From: Fistulifera solaris
Taxonomy: Eukaryota
Direction: 5' to 3'
Assembly: GCA_030295235.1 (NCBI GenBank)
Contig: AP026142.1
Coordinates: 62,001 to 126,000 of the forward strand
Length of the DNA stretch: 64,000 nt
The notes below the pieces were generated by a model. It was not told the DNA's origin, ran no database searches, and saw nothing but the letters and a program-made list of their open reading frames with translations. Below are positions 1 through 12,702 of this stretch, one piece after another. Both the position numbers and the translations under genes were made by a program. The stretch's first letter is position 1, and each line of letters opens with the position of its first letter.

Positions 1-454
1 ACTATTAGAACGGTTTGTTCCGTTGGGATTTCATTCCGTTTCGTTTTGCAAAGCCGACTCGGAGCGTCCGAGTGCGATACAAAAACCAAGTGCGAAAGCG
101 TTACTACAAACTTGGCGATCTTCGAAACCGAAATCAGACGATAGCAACGGTGATGACAGTCAATACAGTCATCTTCCAGACCAACCCGAGGCCACATGGC
201 AAGAGACATTGTGTAATATATGGTGTGTTTTAGAAAGGGAACTCCTTCTGAACAGCAATAAAGCAGTGGCAAGTGGCACCATGAGTTTGTCGGCTTCTTT
301 GGATCGAATTCGACAATCGCTGAACGAAGACGAAGGCGCATCTGGCGAAGTGTTGATCGCTGGATCCTTGTATCTAGTCGGATCGGCCCTGTCGGCACTG
401 TCTTGGAAAGAAACAGACGCGGAGGGAACATTGATGGCAAACGAGTCTTCGTGA
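1..454 (+). CDS. FPGS: Folylpolyglutamate synthase/dihydrofolate synthase family, C-terminal part (5' end outside window)
   Basis: C-terminal motif EVLIAGSLYLVGSAL is typical of FolC/FPGS; stop at 452-454. Confidence 0.7.
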   Translation, partial: LLERFVPLGFHSVSFCKADSERPSAIQKPSAKALLQTWRSSKPKSDDSNGDDSQYSHLPDQPEATWQETLCNIWCVLERELLLNSNKAVASGTMSLSASLDRIRQSLNEDEGASGEVLIAGSLYLVGSALSALSWKETDAEGTLMANESS

Positions 455-1323
455 CCCAAAAAAGAGTAGACTTGAGTGATAAAGTAGACACAACTATGCG
501 AGCAAACTAATCTCGCTCTAAACTCGTTCAAGACGTAGAAACTCATATTACGGTTGCTCTCTAAGTACAATAGCTTTGATAGAAGGTAAAGGAAAGAGCT
601 ATTCACTATCCACAGTTACAGGGTCGGATTAGTTCTAACGATGGTATGATTGCATAGAAATAAATGACGTCCTCAAGAGACCGGGACTGAATATCATTTG
701 AGTCCTTAAAAAGGTCGCCTACTCTTTGTATCATATTCGGAACAAAGGCCCTCAAAAACGTAGTGCATCGCATCGACCATGATCTCTTGTGAAATGCACG
801 TTCACAAAACAAATGATAACGTTGGATTGGTGTATTGAAATCAACGGAACTATTTTCTTCGACTTTTTCTTTAGAAAGTAATCATCGTAATCGAAAGCGA
901 ATCTGTCTGTTCTTCTGTCCTATCGATGACGTGCGACAAGCGGCAAGCTTCCACGAAGCGCACCGCATCGCCTTTCCGTTGCAATGATATCAAGGAAAAT
1001 TTCTGCTCACTAACCTTCACTACCCGGTACTTATCCGTTAAATATTGGCGCAAAGAGAACATGGAAATATCGAAACAGCCATGACGAAAAAAAATTGTTA
1101 GACAGTCACATAAGATCACTTATACTTTGAGAGAGGACCTCCTCTCGAACGGTTATAGCCTTCCCGGCGCGCACGCCTTGAGAATTTCGCAGCGGTCAAG
1201 ACCGCCGCTTCTCCTCTTTTCATCTCTCTCTCATTGACGTTGCTCTCTCATCCGTGGTAACTTCACTCGACTAGCTTCTCTTCTCTCATAACTTTTTTAC
1301 TTAACACAACAACAGATTGAATC

Positions 1324-2654
1324 ATGTCAATGGCAATGGGAGCAAAGCTCCAATTGGAGCCGGGAAGTTTGCTAGAAACTCTTTACGACATTTACATTGG
1401 TATCGTCGTTGGAGCCAACCATTCGTTCTACATTGTCTCTCGTTGGTGGTACCTCAACCTCTTCCGACCCATTCTGCTGGCGTTTGGGATTGATTTGGGT
1501 GTCTTTGAGGCCAAACCGTCTGCAGGAACGAAAGAATCCTTGAAGGTGGTGGCCGTCGGCTTTGGCCGCACGGGGACGGTATGTGATTCGCGTCGCATCG
1601 TGTCCGTTTGAGTACCGGATGATAAGTCGAAAAACTCTTCTTCGTTCTTTTCGAACTTCATCTGTAACTCGAAAACGTCCTACGATGTCCTTTGCATAAG
1701 GAAATGACCTTTATGTTTGCTTTTCACCATGATAACGAATCGCTCTTGTTACTTTTCTTCACTTTGTGTTGACTTCAATGAATAAATGTCTCACACTCCT
1801 TTTTCATTCTCTACGTAAAGTACTCGCTGATGCTAGCACTCGATGAACTCGGTTTTCCGTGCTTGCACACGCAGCACTTGTACGAACACAGCGAGATTAT
1901 AGCCATGTGGACGAACAAAGTGTTTACACCTGCCGTAAAAGCGAAGCACGCTTCCATGGGCAAGCCGGATTTTCAACTCATTGTGGACCATGGATTCACG
2001 GCTACGGCAGATTTGCCCATGGCGTTGTATTTTGATCAAATTGCGGAGCAATATCCGGATTGTAAATTCATTTTGACGACTCGTGATAACTCGGAAGTCT
2101 GGTTTCGCTCGTGGGATACTTTGACAAAGTCGATTACTCAACCAACGCATTTGGGTGCTTGGTTCTTTACCAATGTGAGGCAATATTCGTTGTATTTGCG
2201 ATGGTTGTTTTCGGTAGTCAATAAGGACGATAGTTACCTGACTGCCAAACTCCCTTTGCCCGACCAAAATCGAGAGGCAGCCATTGCCTCTTACGAAGAA
2301 CACAACAAACGAGTGCGCGAACTCATTCCCTCCGATCGATTGTTAGAGTACAATGTCAAGCAAGGTTGGGAGCCGTTATGTCAATTCCTCAACATTGCGC
2401 AATGTCCCGACACTCCGTTTCCCAAAACAAATTCCGCCCGCAGTGTGCAGGTACAGGCTATTTCGGCTACCATCATTCCGTTGGTGATTGTCTTGTTTAT
2501 TTTGTTTACGGCTTTTGCCAAATTCTTTCAAAAGGCTACCAACAAGACCGTCCTCCAATGGGCCAACTGCCAATCCAAACAGTTGCTGCGACGGGTATTG
2601 CTCGGCGAAAAGGTTGTTTATGTTACTCCCTGTACAAGAAAGCAAAAGCTATAG
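1324..2654 (+). CDS. P-loop sulfotransferase-family protein (Sulfotransfer_4-like), 2 exons, C-terminal TM helix
   Basis: KVVAVGFGRTGT|YSLMLALDELGFPCLH joined in frame by GT-AG intron 1579-1820; motifs DLPMALYF, ILTTRD, LLEYNVKQGWEPLCQFL, PFPKTN. Confidence 0.85.
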
Positions 2655-3509
2655 TGCGGGTGCGCTGGAAATAAATGTGTGTGTGTGTGTGTGCGTCATG
2701 TGACTGATAATCCATTATGGTCAAGAATGATATATTGCTCAAACCTCATCTTGCTAGTGGGTCTATATTTTATAGTAGTTAGCCGATGGAACACCATGAG
2801 GCTCTAAAGGAAACGACGAATTGCTTATTCGAACCAAGGTATGAGGTGTCGGGCAGGCTAGAGATTGCAATTCTCTGGACCGGAAATGAATGACGGATAG
2901 AAATGCAATACTTTCAATGCGAGCAATTTCTTGTTACCTACAGGTCTAGAATGGTGCACCTTGTGACACGTGACACGTGATTCGCCTCTGCGCCATTGCG
3001 TACCTGGGACCTGGTACGCGAGAAACGCAACACAAGGATCATTTTGGCTCGTGACTCAAAAATGCAGTCGTGCCGAAAAACGAACAACACTCGAGTCCAT
3101 AGTAAATCGAAGTCAATATTTTGACGACTTTGTTTCGCAATTGTGCTTCAAAAGAATTCTCAACAAAAACCAGGTATACCCTGGTAGTGGAATCACATTT
3201 TTCATACCAATAAAGATCCGGAGGACCGACGTGTAGGTGAAAAAGGTGAACGAGTCGGGTCGATAAATAATAATAATAATCCAAGAGTCCAGAGTCCGGT
3301 ACAATTGACGGAATAGTAGCGTACGTCGGACGTCCGCATTCCACACCCTCGTGGGTTGACGTCATCATCATCGTCTCTTTGCTTCCATTGATTTCTGCCA
3401 ACACACTCACACATACACACAAGGCGAACGTCTATGAGAGGAATTTTGGATCTTCTTGCTATCATTGAATACATTTCTCTTATTCTTTTATCAACAACAC
3501 TGCACAAGA

Positions 3510-4194
3510 ATGAAACGATTTGCGGTTACTTGTGTGGCGAAGAATGCCTTAACACGACGTGCGGTCGTCGTGCCGCGTGTCTTCCCGGTTGCGGAGCTGC
3601 GTCGCTGGAATTCGACCGGTGCTAATAATAACAATCAGAACACTACAAATGCAACGGAATCCGTAACCGAAGAACTCAAACTACAAGAAAACGAAACACA
3701 ACAACCCGTTGAAGAAGAAAAAAGAAGAAGAAGACCCCGTCCCCGCGCTACAAGCACAAATTAAAGAATTGAAAGATCAAATGCTCCGCAGTTTGGCCGA
3801 ACAAGAGAATACCCGTCGGATTGCGCAACGTGATATCAGTCAAGCGAAACAATTTGCCATCCAGTCGTTTGCGAAAAGTTTGTTGGAAACGTCCGATAAT
3901 TTGGAACGCGCTTTGGCGTTTGCAACGGAACAAGAGCAAACGAGTGCTTTGTACGAAGGTGTCAAAATGACCGAGAATTTGTTATTAAAAGCTTTTGAAA
4001 AAAATGGATTGATGAAATTTGGTGCCGTCGGGGATGTCTTTGATCCCAATCAACACGAAGCATTATTTGAATACGAAGATGCGAATGGTGAGGCGGGTAC
4101 GGTCGGGCAAGTCATGAAATCGGGATTTTTGTTGCACAGTCGAGTGTTGCGACCGGCGGAAGTGGGTGTCATTAAAAAGACGGAATCTTCGTAG
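3510..4194 (+). CDS. grpE: Mitochondrial GrpE nucleotide exchange factor (one frameshift in the A-run near 3717-3723)
   Basis: LRSLAEQENTRR, FAKSLL..SDNLERAL, FDPNQHEALF, GFLLHSRVLRPAEVGV; Arg-rich presequence MKRFAVTCVAKNALTRR in the adjacent frame. Confidence 0.92.
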
Positions 4195-4384
4195 AATCAA
4201 ATAAAAATCATCTTATTGTGCAGTTGAGCGATAGACGTAACAATAGCATAACGAATAGGCGAGTGAAATACTTTGTAGTGAAAACAACAAACATAACGAA
4301 AAGAAACAACTTCCACTACCCTTTTCCGATAAGACTTGTTCTCTATTCTTGAATTTTCTGTTATAGAGTGTTGTTTACTTTTAT

Positions 4385-4930
4385 TTACTTGATCACTAAC
4401 ATTTTGAATTCTTCAAAACTAATCTCCCCATCCCCATCCGTATCGACTTCATCCATAATGAGCGTAATTTCTTCTTCCGTCAAATCTTGTGCCAACTTTT
4501 TCATCAAAGTCCGCATTTCATTTCGATCAATGCAGCCACTGCCATCGGCATCAAACATATCAAAGACTTCTCGCAAATGATTTTCGGCATCGTCGCCCGA
4601 TTCTCCCATGCGCAAACGCATCAAGGCCAAAAATTCCTCAAAATCAATTTCGCCGTCGCCATTCGTATCGACGGCAATAATCATGTCGTCGATTTCTTCG
4701 TCTGTAGGATTGTCGCCGAGTTGTGTAATGACTTGCTTTAGTTCGTGTGTTTCAATGGTGCCTTATAAGCCGACGGGTGTGAGTGCTACGGTGGGCTTTT
4801 TTTATTCTCTCTCTATCGTTTTTTTTTCTACTTTCAAATAGACAAACGTACCTCCCCCATCGAGATCAAACATACGAAAGGCGTCTCGAAAGGCCTTTAG
4901 TTCGGTATCGGTAAATTCACGGTCGATCAT
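4385..4930 (-). CDS. Calmodulin/centrin-like protein with 4 EF-hands, 2 exons
   Basis: EF-hands DLDGGGTIETHE (across intron 4762-4851), DTNGDGEIDFEE, DADGSGCIDRNE, DTDGDGEISFEE. Confidence 0.9.
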
Positions 4931-5604
4931 TTGCGGTTCCGCAGTGGGAAGATTATACTTTTGTACATTTTCGGTCGCGGCATTTTGGTTGTGCAATGTT
5001 TCTTATTTTATCTAGACAAAAGGATAACGATAACAGCAACTGATATAGACGGATGTACCAACTCGCTGGCTTGCTAACTTGGGATATGGCACGAATGTTG
5101 CTAACTGCGTAATTCCTACGGGGGTTTTGCTATTATTATTATTTGTTGCGATGCAGAGGCGACAAAAAGAGACATTTGTGACACCCGCCTTCGGCGGCGT
5201 ATCCAGTGACTTTTCCGCCGGCTAGGAGCGCGCGCTGAAGTACAATCAAAGAGTGAATCATCGAATGGCGCGGACGAAAGACAGACGGCAAAATGAGGTG
5301 CTATAATATTGTTTCAACTTTCAACAAAGGAATGTTCGCCAGAAATTTTCACTATAAAATGAATGCGTACGTTGTTGCAAATGTCGCATAAGGCTAATGC
5401 TTTGATAAAAGAGGAAAGACACTCAACAAGCTAGCAGATCGAACGACGTCGAAATAGCTGATTGACTTGGGAAATTTCATTCATGACTGAAAAAAAGACG
5501 GGGAGAAGGTCCGCCTACACTATCGTTTCGAGCAAATACGAGAACCAAACGTTCCGCAAGGTTATACAACATTAGAATGTCCCTGACGCTTACGCAGAAT
5601 ATAT

Positions 5605-5825
5605 ACACAGAATGTCTGTATGATCAAAGGCGGTGTCCAGAAATTCCGTGTCAGAATGTCTGGAAAGAACACAGAATTTCCGTGTGATCAAACACACTGA
5701 CTCTAGAATTTCTAGACAGTACACAGAATTTCTGTATGATTGAAGGCAACGCTTCTAAAAGTTGTGGAACATACACAGAAATGCTGTATGATTGAATGGC
5801 GATCACCAGAATTTCTGTTTGAACG
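5605..5825. repeat. Degenerate interspaced repeat ACACAGAATTTCTGTATGAT, 4 copies plus partial copies
   Basis: Copies start at 5605, 5669, 5721 and 5773 (spacing 64, 52, 52), partial at 5807; internal inverted repeat ACAGAA-T-TTCTGT. Confidence 0.75.
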
Positions 5826-6012
5826 TAAAAGGAGCCAATCAACTACAGAAATAATCTTGCATAGTTGCTTTAAAGGCAATTCTATTTGATAAGCTTCCAC
5901 TGCTAGAGAGGAGTGGTCTAGTTACATCTCACACAATCGGCAAAGTTTTGGTCTCATTTTCTTCTTTTTTTTGTTCTGTTTCTGTCGCACTCGATGGACC
6001 TTTCGTTCTCAA

Positions 6013-6777
6013 TTACCGCGTCGCACACAACGAATCACCCTCACAGGTAATACACTCTCCATCTTTATCACTGATTTGCAATTGAATGGTCGTATGACTA
6101 ATACCAAACGACTGACACACACGTTGAATTTCCCGCATCGCCTCGGTCGCACGATCGGACGATGCCACCGAACCGTGTACCGTCAATCCCGGCCGACCAT
6201 CACTGATACTCCAAATGTGCAAATCGTGAACATTGAAAACGTGCGGGACAGCCTCAATGGCATCGTGCACTTGGCGTCCACGAAATGTGGGGCGGGACTT
6301 CTTCCAACAAAACGGCCACGCCGCGTCGAATGACGGGCAAGGTCGAAGCAAAGACCATGGTACAAAAGAGTAGTGTAGCAATGGGATCGACAATCGTCCA
6401 AGTCGGTTGAAAGTAAATGATAATCCCGGCAATCAAGACTGCGACTGATTGTGCCAAATCTCCCATGACGTGCAAATAGGCAGCCTATAAAGTAGGGTGA
6501 TTAATCACGATATGAAGTGAGAGCGCATGAGAAATAAATACCAACGATAATGATGATAACACACGCATCAAAAAAAACGTACTCGTAAATTCACATTGTC
6601 ATGATGATGAGCCGGTGACTTGGTTTCGGAATGGTTTCGTGACAATGATCCGGAATGAGGGGTGTACGTTCCGAGTGATGATTATGCTTGTGACCAGCTT
6701 CAACCGTCTCCAAAGCAGCATGCTCTTGATGCGCATGATCGTGATTGCATTGATGCTTGTGGAAGGAAAAGGTTTCG

Positions 6778-6814
<37 letters not shown>

Positions 6815-7453
6815 GATCCTGATGGGATGATGAGGAATGGGAATTGTTATTATGATTGTGCGAGGAAGCATGTGTCTTCATCTTGGCGCCACAAGAACCC
6901 CCATGATGATGATTGTGACCATGATTATGATCATGACTACTACAACTACTCCTACTAGTACTATTACTGCAAGACGAATCATATCCTGGCAAATGCACAT
7001 GATGCTCTCCGAGCACGACCGCCAAAATAACATTCACCAAAACACCAATGAACGCGATGAAGGACATGAGCGGTCCATCGACATTTGTATCATGCGTAAT
7101 AAACAATCGCCGTAACGCTTCGTACGCCAATCCCAAACTCACAATCGCGAGTGAAACCATCGACAACAATGCTGCCAAGGATTCGGTCCGCCGCAATCCG
7201 TACGTGTGTTGATCGGACGATGGCAATTCTGCCAAATGACCCGCGAGGATGGCGACCCCAAACGAGGTCAAATCGGCCACGAGATGCGCCGCATCACTCA
7301 AGACCGCCAATGAACCCGAAAGTGTCCCACCAATGACTTCAACAATTAAAAGATGCCACATACGACGGCCGCTAAATGAAGGCGTCGGAGAACGGACGAG
7401 GAGGAGGAGGCGGCGTCGTTGTGCAGATGATGATGATGGTGTGGTTGTGTCAT
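6013..7453 (-). CDS. CDF-family zinc transporter (ZnT/MTP1-like) with His-rich loop; intron 6485-6582 and several frameshifts
   Basis: SGSLAVLSDAAHLVAD, TYGLRRTESLAAL, NLR|AAYLHVMGDLAQS, DPIATLLF, HDLHIWSIS, HTTIQ; His/Asn-rich loop. Confidence 0.9.
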
Positions 7454-7883
7454 TCTGTTCCTTTTAATACCAACAGAGAGTAATTACTCCGTAGCAATGT
7501 GATTATAGATTAGAAATACAGCAAATAATAAAGAATTAGCAAATGCAAGCAGGACTTCAGGAGTTGTTCCAATAACACTTTATGGCTTTGTGCGCGCGTG
7601 TCATCGATATTATTTATTTACTCCGTATTTTTTTGTCGCGATCATTTGCATCGGTGTCTGTGTCTGTGGTCTGTGTCTTCGGTTTTGAGGACTTCCGGGT
7701 CTCTTTTAAGATGTACGTCATCCACGGGACTGCAATTAGTCGAGTCGTCCTAAAAAGGTGTTCGACACATAATGCTATAGTAAATTGGAAGGATTGAATT
7801 ATACAGAGTATTTGAAGAAAGAATCATCATCGCAAAGGGCATGACGAGGTGTAGTGCTGATCCCAACAACAGCATCATCTGAC

Positions 7884-8390
7884 TTAACAGTTCATTTTGA
7901 TTCCAGCAAAACTTTGTTTGACGTTTCTGTGTATTCTTCTTCTTTGCTGATCCACTCTTGTTTGGCAAGTTTCATTTTCTTCACGAATGTCTTGGTGTAT
8001 GGCATTCAAAATAGACTTTTGACATATTATAAGAATCGAGAGACCCACAAAGAGCACCAGCATGAGAACCTTTAAGAACATTCCCTGCTCTTTGGCAATC
8101 TCCGGTGTGAGGATACGGTAGACCGGCGCAACGGCATTTCCTAAACAGGCCAACATCATCAACAGATAGGATACGATCCAGTAACGCCTTGCTCGTTTCT
8201 GGTCTCGACTTTTCCAAAGACTTCCCAACAGTATTTGAATCGTCATGATACTGCCCAGAAGGATAAAGCCTTCCGTATAAATTTTGGTACATCCGAGTTC
8301 GTCGCCCACCAACATTATAACAGAATGAGCGAAAACAGAACGATTACGTGGTATTGCTGTAAGTCCACTATCAGCAAGTGCTGTATCCTC
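7884..8390 (-). pseudogene. Degenerate tandem paralog of the adjacent small multi-TM protein
   Basis: IQHLLIVDLQQYH, IYTEGFILLGSIMTIQILLG, CLGNAVAPVYRI align to 8886-9380; ATG absent and frame broken. Confidence 0.55.
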
Positions 8391-8885
8391 CTAAATACAA
8401 AGTATATCAATAGACTGTTGATTAAAACAAATAGAAAAATGGTCGTCGAACTAATAAGAGTCAGTCGTCGTGAAATTACTGATATAATAAATTCAACAAA
8501 TAATCAGCAAAAAAAACGCATGCATCTTCGCGTCGTCGCACGCAAAAAAGACACCCCTGCGTTTTTTTGAGTCATGTTGTTGTTGTTTGGACGTCGACCG
8601 CATCGTCGTCTACAGTAAGGTTACTAGTTACGACCACATCCTATAGATAGCAAATAATGAGCAACGACGTTGAAAGTCATCACTTTTAGAGACCGTTGAG
8701 CGTCCATGTATAATAATTAAAAAGTTTTGGATGAGATATGTTGTAAGTGTGAGCTCTCGTGAAACTATGATGCTATCTCCGAAGAGGGAAAAAGATCGAG
8801 GTTGAAATACGAGAAACGGGAAACTAATAAGAAGAAAAGAGGAATACATAGATAGGCCGATTGTTTGACGAAAGTCATCATAACG

Positions 8886-9380
8886 CTATTCCGAGCCCAA
8901 CGTTACGTCACTGGAAGTTTCGGCGTCCTCCTCTTCTTTGCCGCTCCACTCTTGTTTGGCCAATTCCGTTTGTTCACCAAGGTCCAAAGACATGGCCGTT
9001 TGCATAGGTTTCTGACATAGAAGAGGAATCCATAGACCCACAATCAAAAGGATGATTATGACAGTTGCAGAAGTTCCCTGTTCTTTCGCCTCCTCCGGTG
9101 CAAAGATCCGGTAAAACGCCGACACGATATTTCCCAAACAACCCAATATCATCAAAAGATGTTGCGACACCCAATAGCGCATCAAACGTTTCATGTCTCG
9201 ATTCTCCCAAAGGAATCCTAACAGTATTTGAATGCTCATGATATTGCTCAGAATGATCGCCCCGTCGGTATAAATCGTCGATCCTACTAGCAGATTTCCG
9301 AGCAATGCAAACATGAGAAGCAGAAACAGGATGATCTCGTGGGATTGTTGAAACTCCACTTTCAGCAAGTGCTGTATCAT
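8886..9380 (-). CDS. Hypothetical small membrane protein (about 4 TM helices)
   Basis: Open 164-codon frame with hydrophobic segments; adjacent paralog supports coding status. Confidence 0.65.
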   Translation of the reverse strand: MIQHLLKVEFQQSHEIILFLLLMFALLGNLLVGSTIYTDGAIILSNIMSIQILLGFLWENRDMKRLMRYWVSQHLLMILGCLGNIVSAFYRIFAPEEAKEQGTSATVIIILLIVGLWIPLLCQKPMQTAMSLDLGEQTELAKQEWSGKEEEDAETSSDVTLGSE

Positions 9381-9798
9381 TTTGAAGTAAACAGCTGTAA
9401 TCGAATCAAACACAAGAAGTTTCAATGAATGAAAGAATTGAGAAACGAATGAATACATGCAAGATGATGATGCATCCGGGAAAAATAATTATAATAATAG
9501 AGAGGCATATCCGCCGTTTCAAAAAGATCTGTTTTAGTCGTGGTTTCCTTCCTGGTGAGGACGACCGACATCGGTCAGACCCGATCAAGCTACGTACGAA
9601 GTACGAACGCGATTTCCTTGTCAACACCACGAAAAAAAAAAACGACGAAAAGATGAAACGAGATGAAGAAAATAAACCTTCCTATCAATCTCGCGGTTAT
9701 TGGCATTCTGCTTTTCTTTTCTTTGCTCCTCTATCATACGTTCATTTGAATCCTTATTAACCAAAGAATCATAAAGTTTACCAGAAAACACTGTAAAA

Positions 9799-11124
9799 AT
9801 GAGTAGCAACAACGACGAAACGAAATATTATCAAGAATGGAAAGGATTTTTACAACAAACGACGCGATTGGATGTTCGTCTGGCGGCCATTACGGCCGTG
9901 TTGGAACATCCGCAAACGGTTCCTGACGATCTTTGGTCCGAAGGTGTCTTGCCCTTGGTGCATTTTGTTGACGAGGAGGATGACGACGACACGACAACCG
10001 TATTATTGCACAATCAAATCACTTTCAAGGCCTTGCAGTCGCTGCAATACAAAATCGAAACCAGTGTACTACAACATCCGGAATGGGTGAATCGTTTGTG
10101 GACACGATTGACCGATCTGGCCTTGAGTACACCACCACGACGTCAAACGTCACAACAACCCATGTGGCGACAATGTGTGAATGCAACGTGTGCTTTGTTG
10201 GCGAATTTGTCACGCGATGAAGCCGGAGCGATTGCTTTGGTGGGGACCACGTTGCCGGAACAAGCCGTCTATCGCCATTATCCTGCAGAAGAACTAGGAA
10301 AGGATGAAACAGTCGCACGCGTCAAACCGACGATGGAATTGTTACTGTCACGTTTTCTCTCTTTACAGTATTGGGACGGAAAAATGACGACAAGTATTGT
10401 CAACAACAACAACAACATCGACGACGACGACCTTTCCAAGAATGAGAATGCGGCTGATCCCTATCAGCACATGGCACATGTTTGGATGAATATTACACAG
10501 GTTGATTTGGGACGTCGTTTCTTGTTGCAATTGCATCATTCCAAAGATCATACTACTTCTACTACTAGTGTGTTGCAACAATTATTACCACAATTGCAAT
10601 CGCCCAACGCGATTCGTCGTTGTGGTATTGCCGGACTCTGTCGGAATATTTGTTTGGCCGAATCCGATTCGGTCGATTGGTTGTTACATACTTGTAAGAT
10701 CGTCACGCCGTTGTTGTGGCCCTTGGCCGGTCCCGAAGAATTGGACATTGATGAAAAACAAGGACTTGATCCGCAATTGTGGTTATTGACAGGTCCCGAC
10801 AAACAACGTGAACCTGTCGCGCAGATACGATTGTATTTGGTCGAAGCCATCTTGGCCTTGTTGAAACAAAGTCGGGCGGCGCGACACGTGTTGCGATTGC
10901 AACGTGTGTACGTTATTTTAAAGTATGCCGATATGGTGGAAGAAGACGAATTGGTATCGGAACAAATTTATGAATGTGTGAATTATTTACGGGGTGATGA
11001 AGAAGGTTTGGGGGAAGGTAGTAGTGATCGTGCGGTGGCCATGGCGTATCCGGATTTCCAGAAAGAGGCGGCGGAAGCGGCGGCGGTAGTGTTGCAGCAT
11101 GTCGATTATGATCAAGTGGATTAA
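9799..11124 (+). CDS. HGH1: Protein HGH1 homolog (eEF2 chaperone cofactor)
   Basis: LLANLSR, DPYQHMAHVWMNITQ..GRRFLL, RRCGIAGLCRN, LLWPLAGPEELD, KQREP...IR..LVEAILAL. Confidence 0.85.
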   Translation: MSSNNDETKYYQEWKGFLQQTTRLDVRLAAITAVLEHPQTVPDDLWSEGVLPLVHFVDEEDDDDTTTVLLHNQITFKALQSLQYKIETSVLQHPEWVNRLWTRLTDLALSTPPRRQTSQQPMWRQCVNATCALLANLSRDEAGAIALVGTTLPEQAVYRHYPAEELGKDETVARVKPTMELLLSRFLSLQYWDGKMTTSIVNNNNNIDDDDLSKNENAADPYQHMAHVWMNITQVDLGRRFLLQLHHSKDHTTSTTSVLQQLLPQLQSPNAIRRCGIAGLCRNICLAESDSVDWLLHTCKIVTPLLWPLAGPEELDIDEKQGLDPQLWLLTGPDKQREPVAQIRLYLVEAILALLKQSRAARHVLRLQRVYVILKYADMVEEDELVSEQIYECVNYLRGDEEGLGEGSSDRAVAMAYPDFQKEAAEAAAVVLQHVDYDQVD

Positions 11125-11250
11125 AACGATCGGAATGAAAAGAGATGAGAGAAGAAAAGAGGAATAGGATGACGTTCTAGTTGGTCTACTACAAGTCCAG
11201 TCAAGTCAAGTCAAGTCAGCTCAACTTCTCTATTCCTATTATATTATTCT

Positions 11251-11511
11251 CTAAAAGAACGCTTGCGCCATGTTGTTTTGATAAATTTTTGTTTTGGTTT
11301 CCTGTTCTTTGGCTTTTTCTTGTTTCTTGGCGGCATTTTGACGCATATAAAAGTCCATCGGACTGACACCCGTAAACGCTTTGCCTTGATCGGTCTTGGT
11401 TAAGGAAGGTTTCTTGTAAACGGATTCGGGTGCCTTGTAACCGAATTTCGCATTCTGTTGTTGCATTTCGGGAATGTCTTCTTGTTTAGGGGTATTATGA
11501 TTGTCGTTCAT
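11251..11511 (-). CDS. Hypothetical 86-aa hydrophilic protein
   Basis: ATG-initiated ORF with plausible composition, convergent with HGH1; no recognised domain. Confidence 0.5.
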   Translation of the reverse strand: MNDNHNTPKQEDIPEMQQQNAKFGYKAPESVYKKPSLTKTDQGKAFTGVSPMDFYMRQNAAKKQEKAKEQETKTKIYQNNMAQAFF

Positions 11512-11987
11512 TGTTAGTAAGTAAGCTAGAGTAAGAGAGTAGTTATGAGAAACAAGGAAAAGGAAGAAAACGGTGATGAAATGAGTCGATAAAATGGATG
11601 CAAAATCCGAGCAACAACAAAAATAATAATAAAAGTGAGAGCGCAGCCGTTTCCGTCGTGAACGAGGAAAGAAAAGGTCATTTTGGTTGGGGCTGATGGA
11701 AGGGTCATTCTCGTAGTATAATGTAATGTGTTGTGGTGAGGGCTTCCATGACTATGGACGAAAGTGTTGATTGACGAGGATATTATTTCACGACTGGATT
11801 TGAGCCAAGAGCTCGTTGTTGAGTGACAGACGCGCGCGCACAACGGAAAAGCCGACGCAGGGACGACTTTTTTCCGAAAATGAAAAAGGAACGCGCAACT
11901 AAAGACGCCTCTCTCCTTCAATTTTTTCGTTGATTTGTCATTTTTTATAAGCCCTTCTTTCATTCTATCTTTCTTTCTTTCGTTCTC

Positions 11988-12380
11988 ATGACGACGACGA
12001 CGACGACAACAACTACTACTACAACGAATCAACCTATTTTAATTCCTATACAAACTTCACAAACGAAAATCCCCGAATGGGCCATGTTGGAATTGAATGG
12101 TGATTTGTTGTTGCCTCACGAATGGCTTGCCAACGACGAAGAACATTGGGAATTGGGTTCGTTGCAATTCTCTACAACGAATAATAATAATAATAATAAT
12201 AGCAATAAGCCAGTACTCATTTGTGGAACTCACGAATTTCAAGGCACTGTTGAACAATTGAAACAACCATTTGTGGTGTTACAACAAGACAATGATGATA
12301 AGGAAGAAGGAATGATCGTACAAGGTGTCATTACCCACAAGCTCTTATTCAATCGTTATCCCAAGACAATCTTGTCCTAG
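11988..12380 (+). CDS. CTF8: Chromosome transmission fidelity protein 8
   Basis: EWAMLELNG, LICGTHEFQGTVEQLKQPFVVL, ITHKLLFNRYPKTI match the Ctf8 pattern. Confidence 0.85.
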   Translation: MTTTTTTTTTTTTNQPILIPIQTSQTKIPEWAMLELNGDLLLPHEWLANDEEHWELGSLQFSTTNNNNNNNSNKPVLICGTHEFQGTVEQLKQPFVVLQQDNDDKEEGMIVQGVITHKLLFNRYPKTILS

Positions 12381-12702
12381 AGAGAATCTACAGTAACGAA
12401 GAACGAAACTACGGAGTCATAAATTAGAAGAATAGGATGCCTACCCAAACACAGACACACACACACACACACAGAGAGAGAATTCGCGTATCTTTCATTC
12501 TTTTACTTTCTTTTTTAAATGTTAATGCTCAAATAATACACATCATCCCAAAACAACGGCGGCCACCTACGCAACTCCGCATTCCTCTCCAATGCTTCCA
12601 TTGTCTTAAAATATCAGAATGTATTCTCCAAAGAAAAAGGCGCGAGAGGGACAACCTTCTTCTTCTTTCTTCTTTTACATCATCATCATCAACAAGAATG
12701 AT

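Noticed and set aside
3710..3730. Programmed ribosomal frameshift in GrpE
   Set aside because: An A-run indel is more simply an assembly error given the window-wide indel pattern.
5605..5825. CRISPR array
   Set aside because: Repeats are degenerate, spacers contain repeat fragments, there are no cas genes and the context is eukaryotic.
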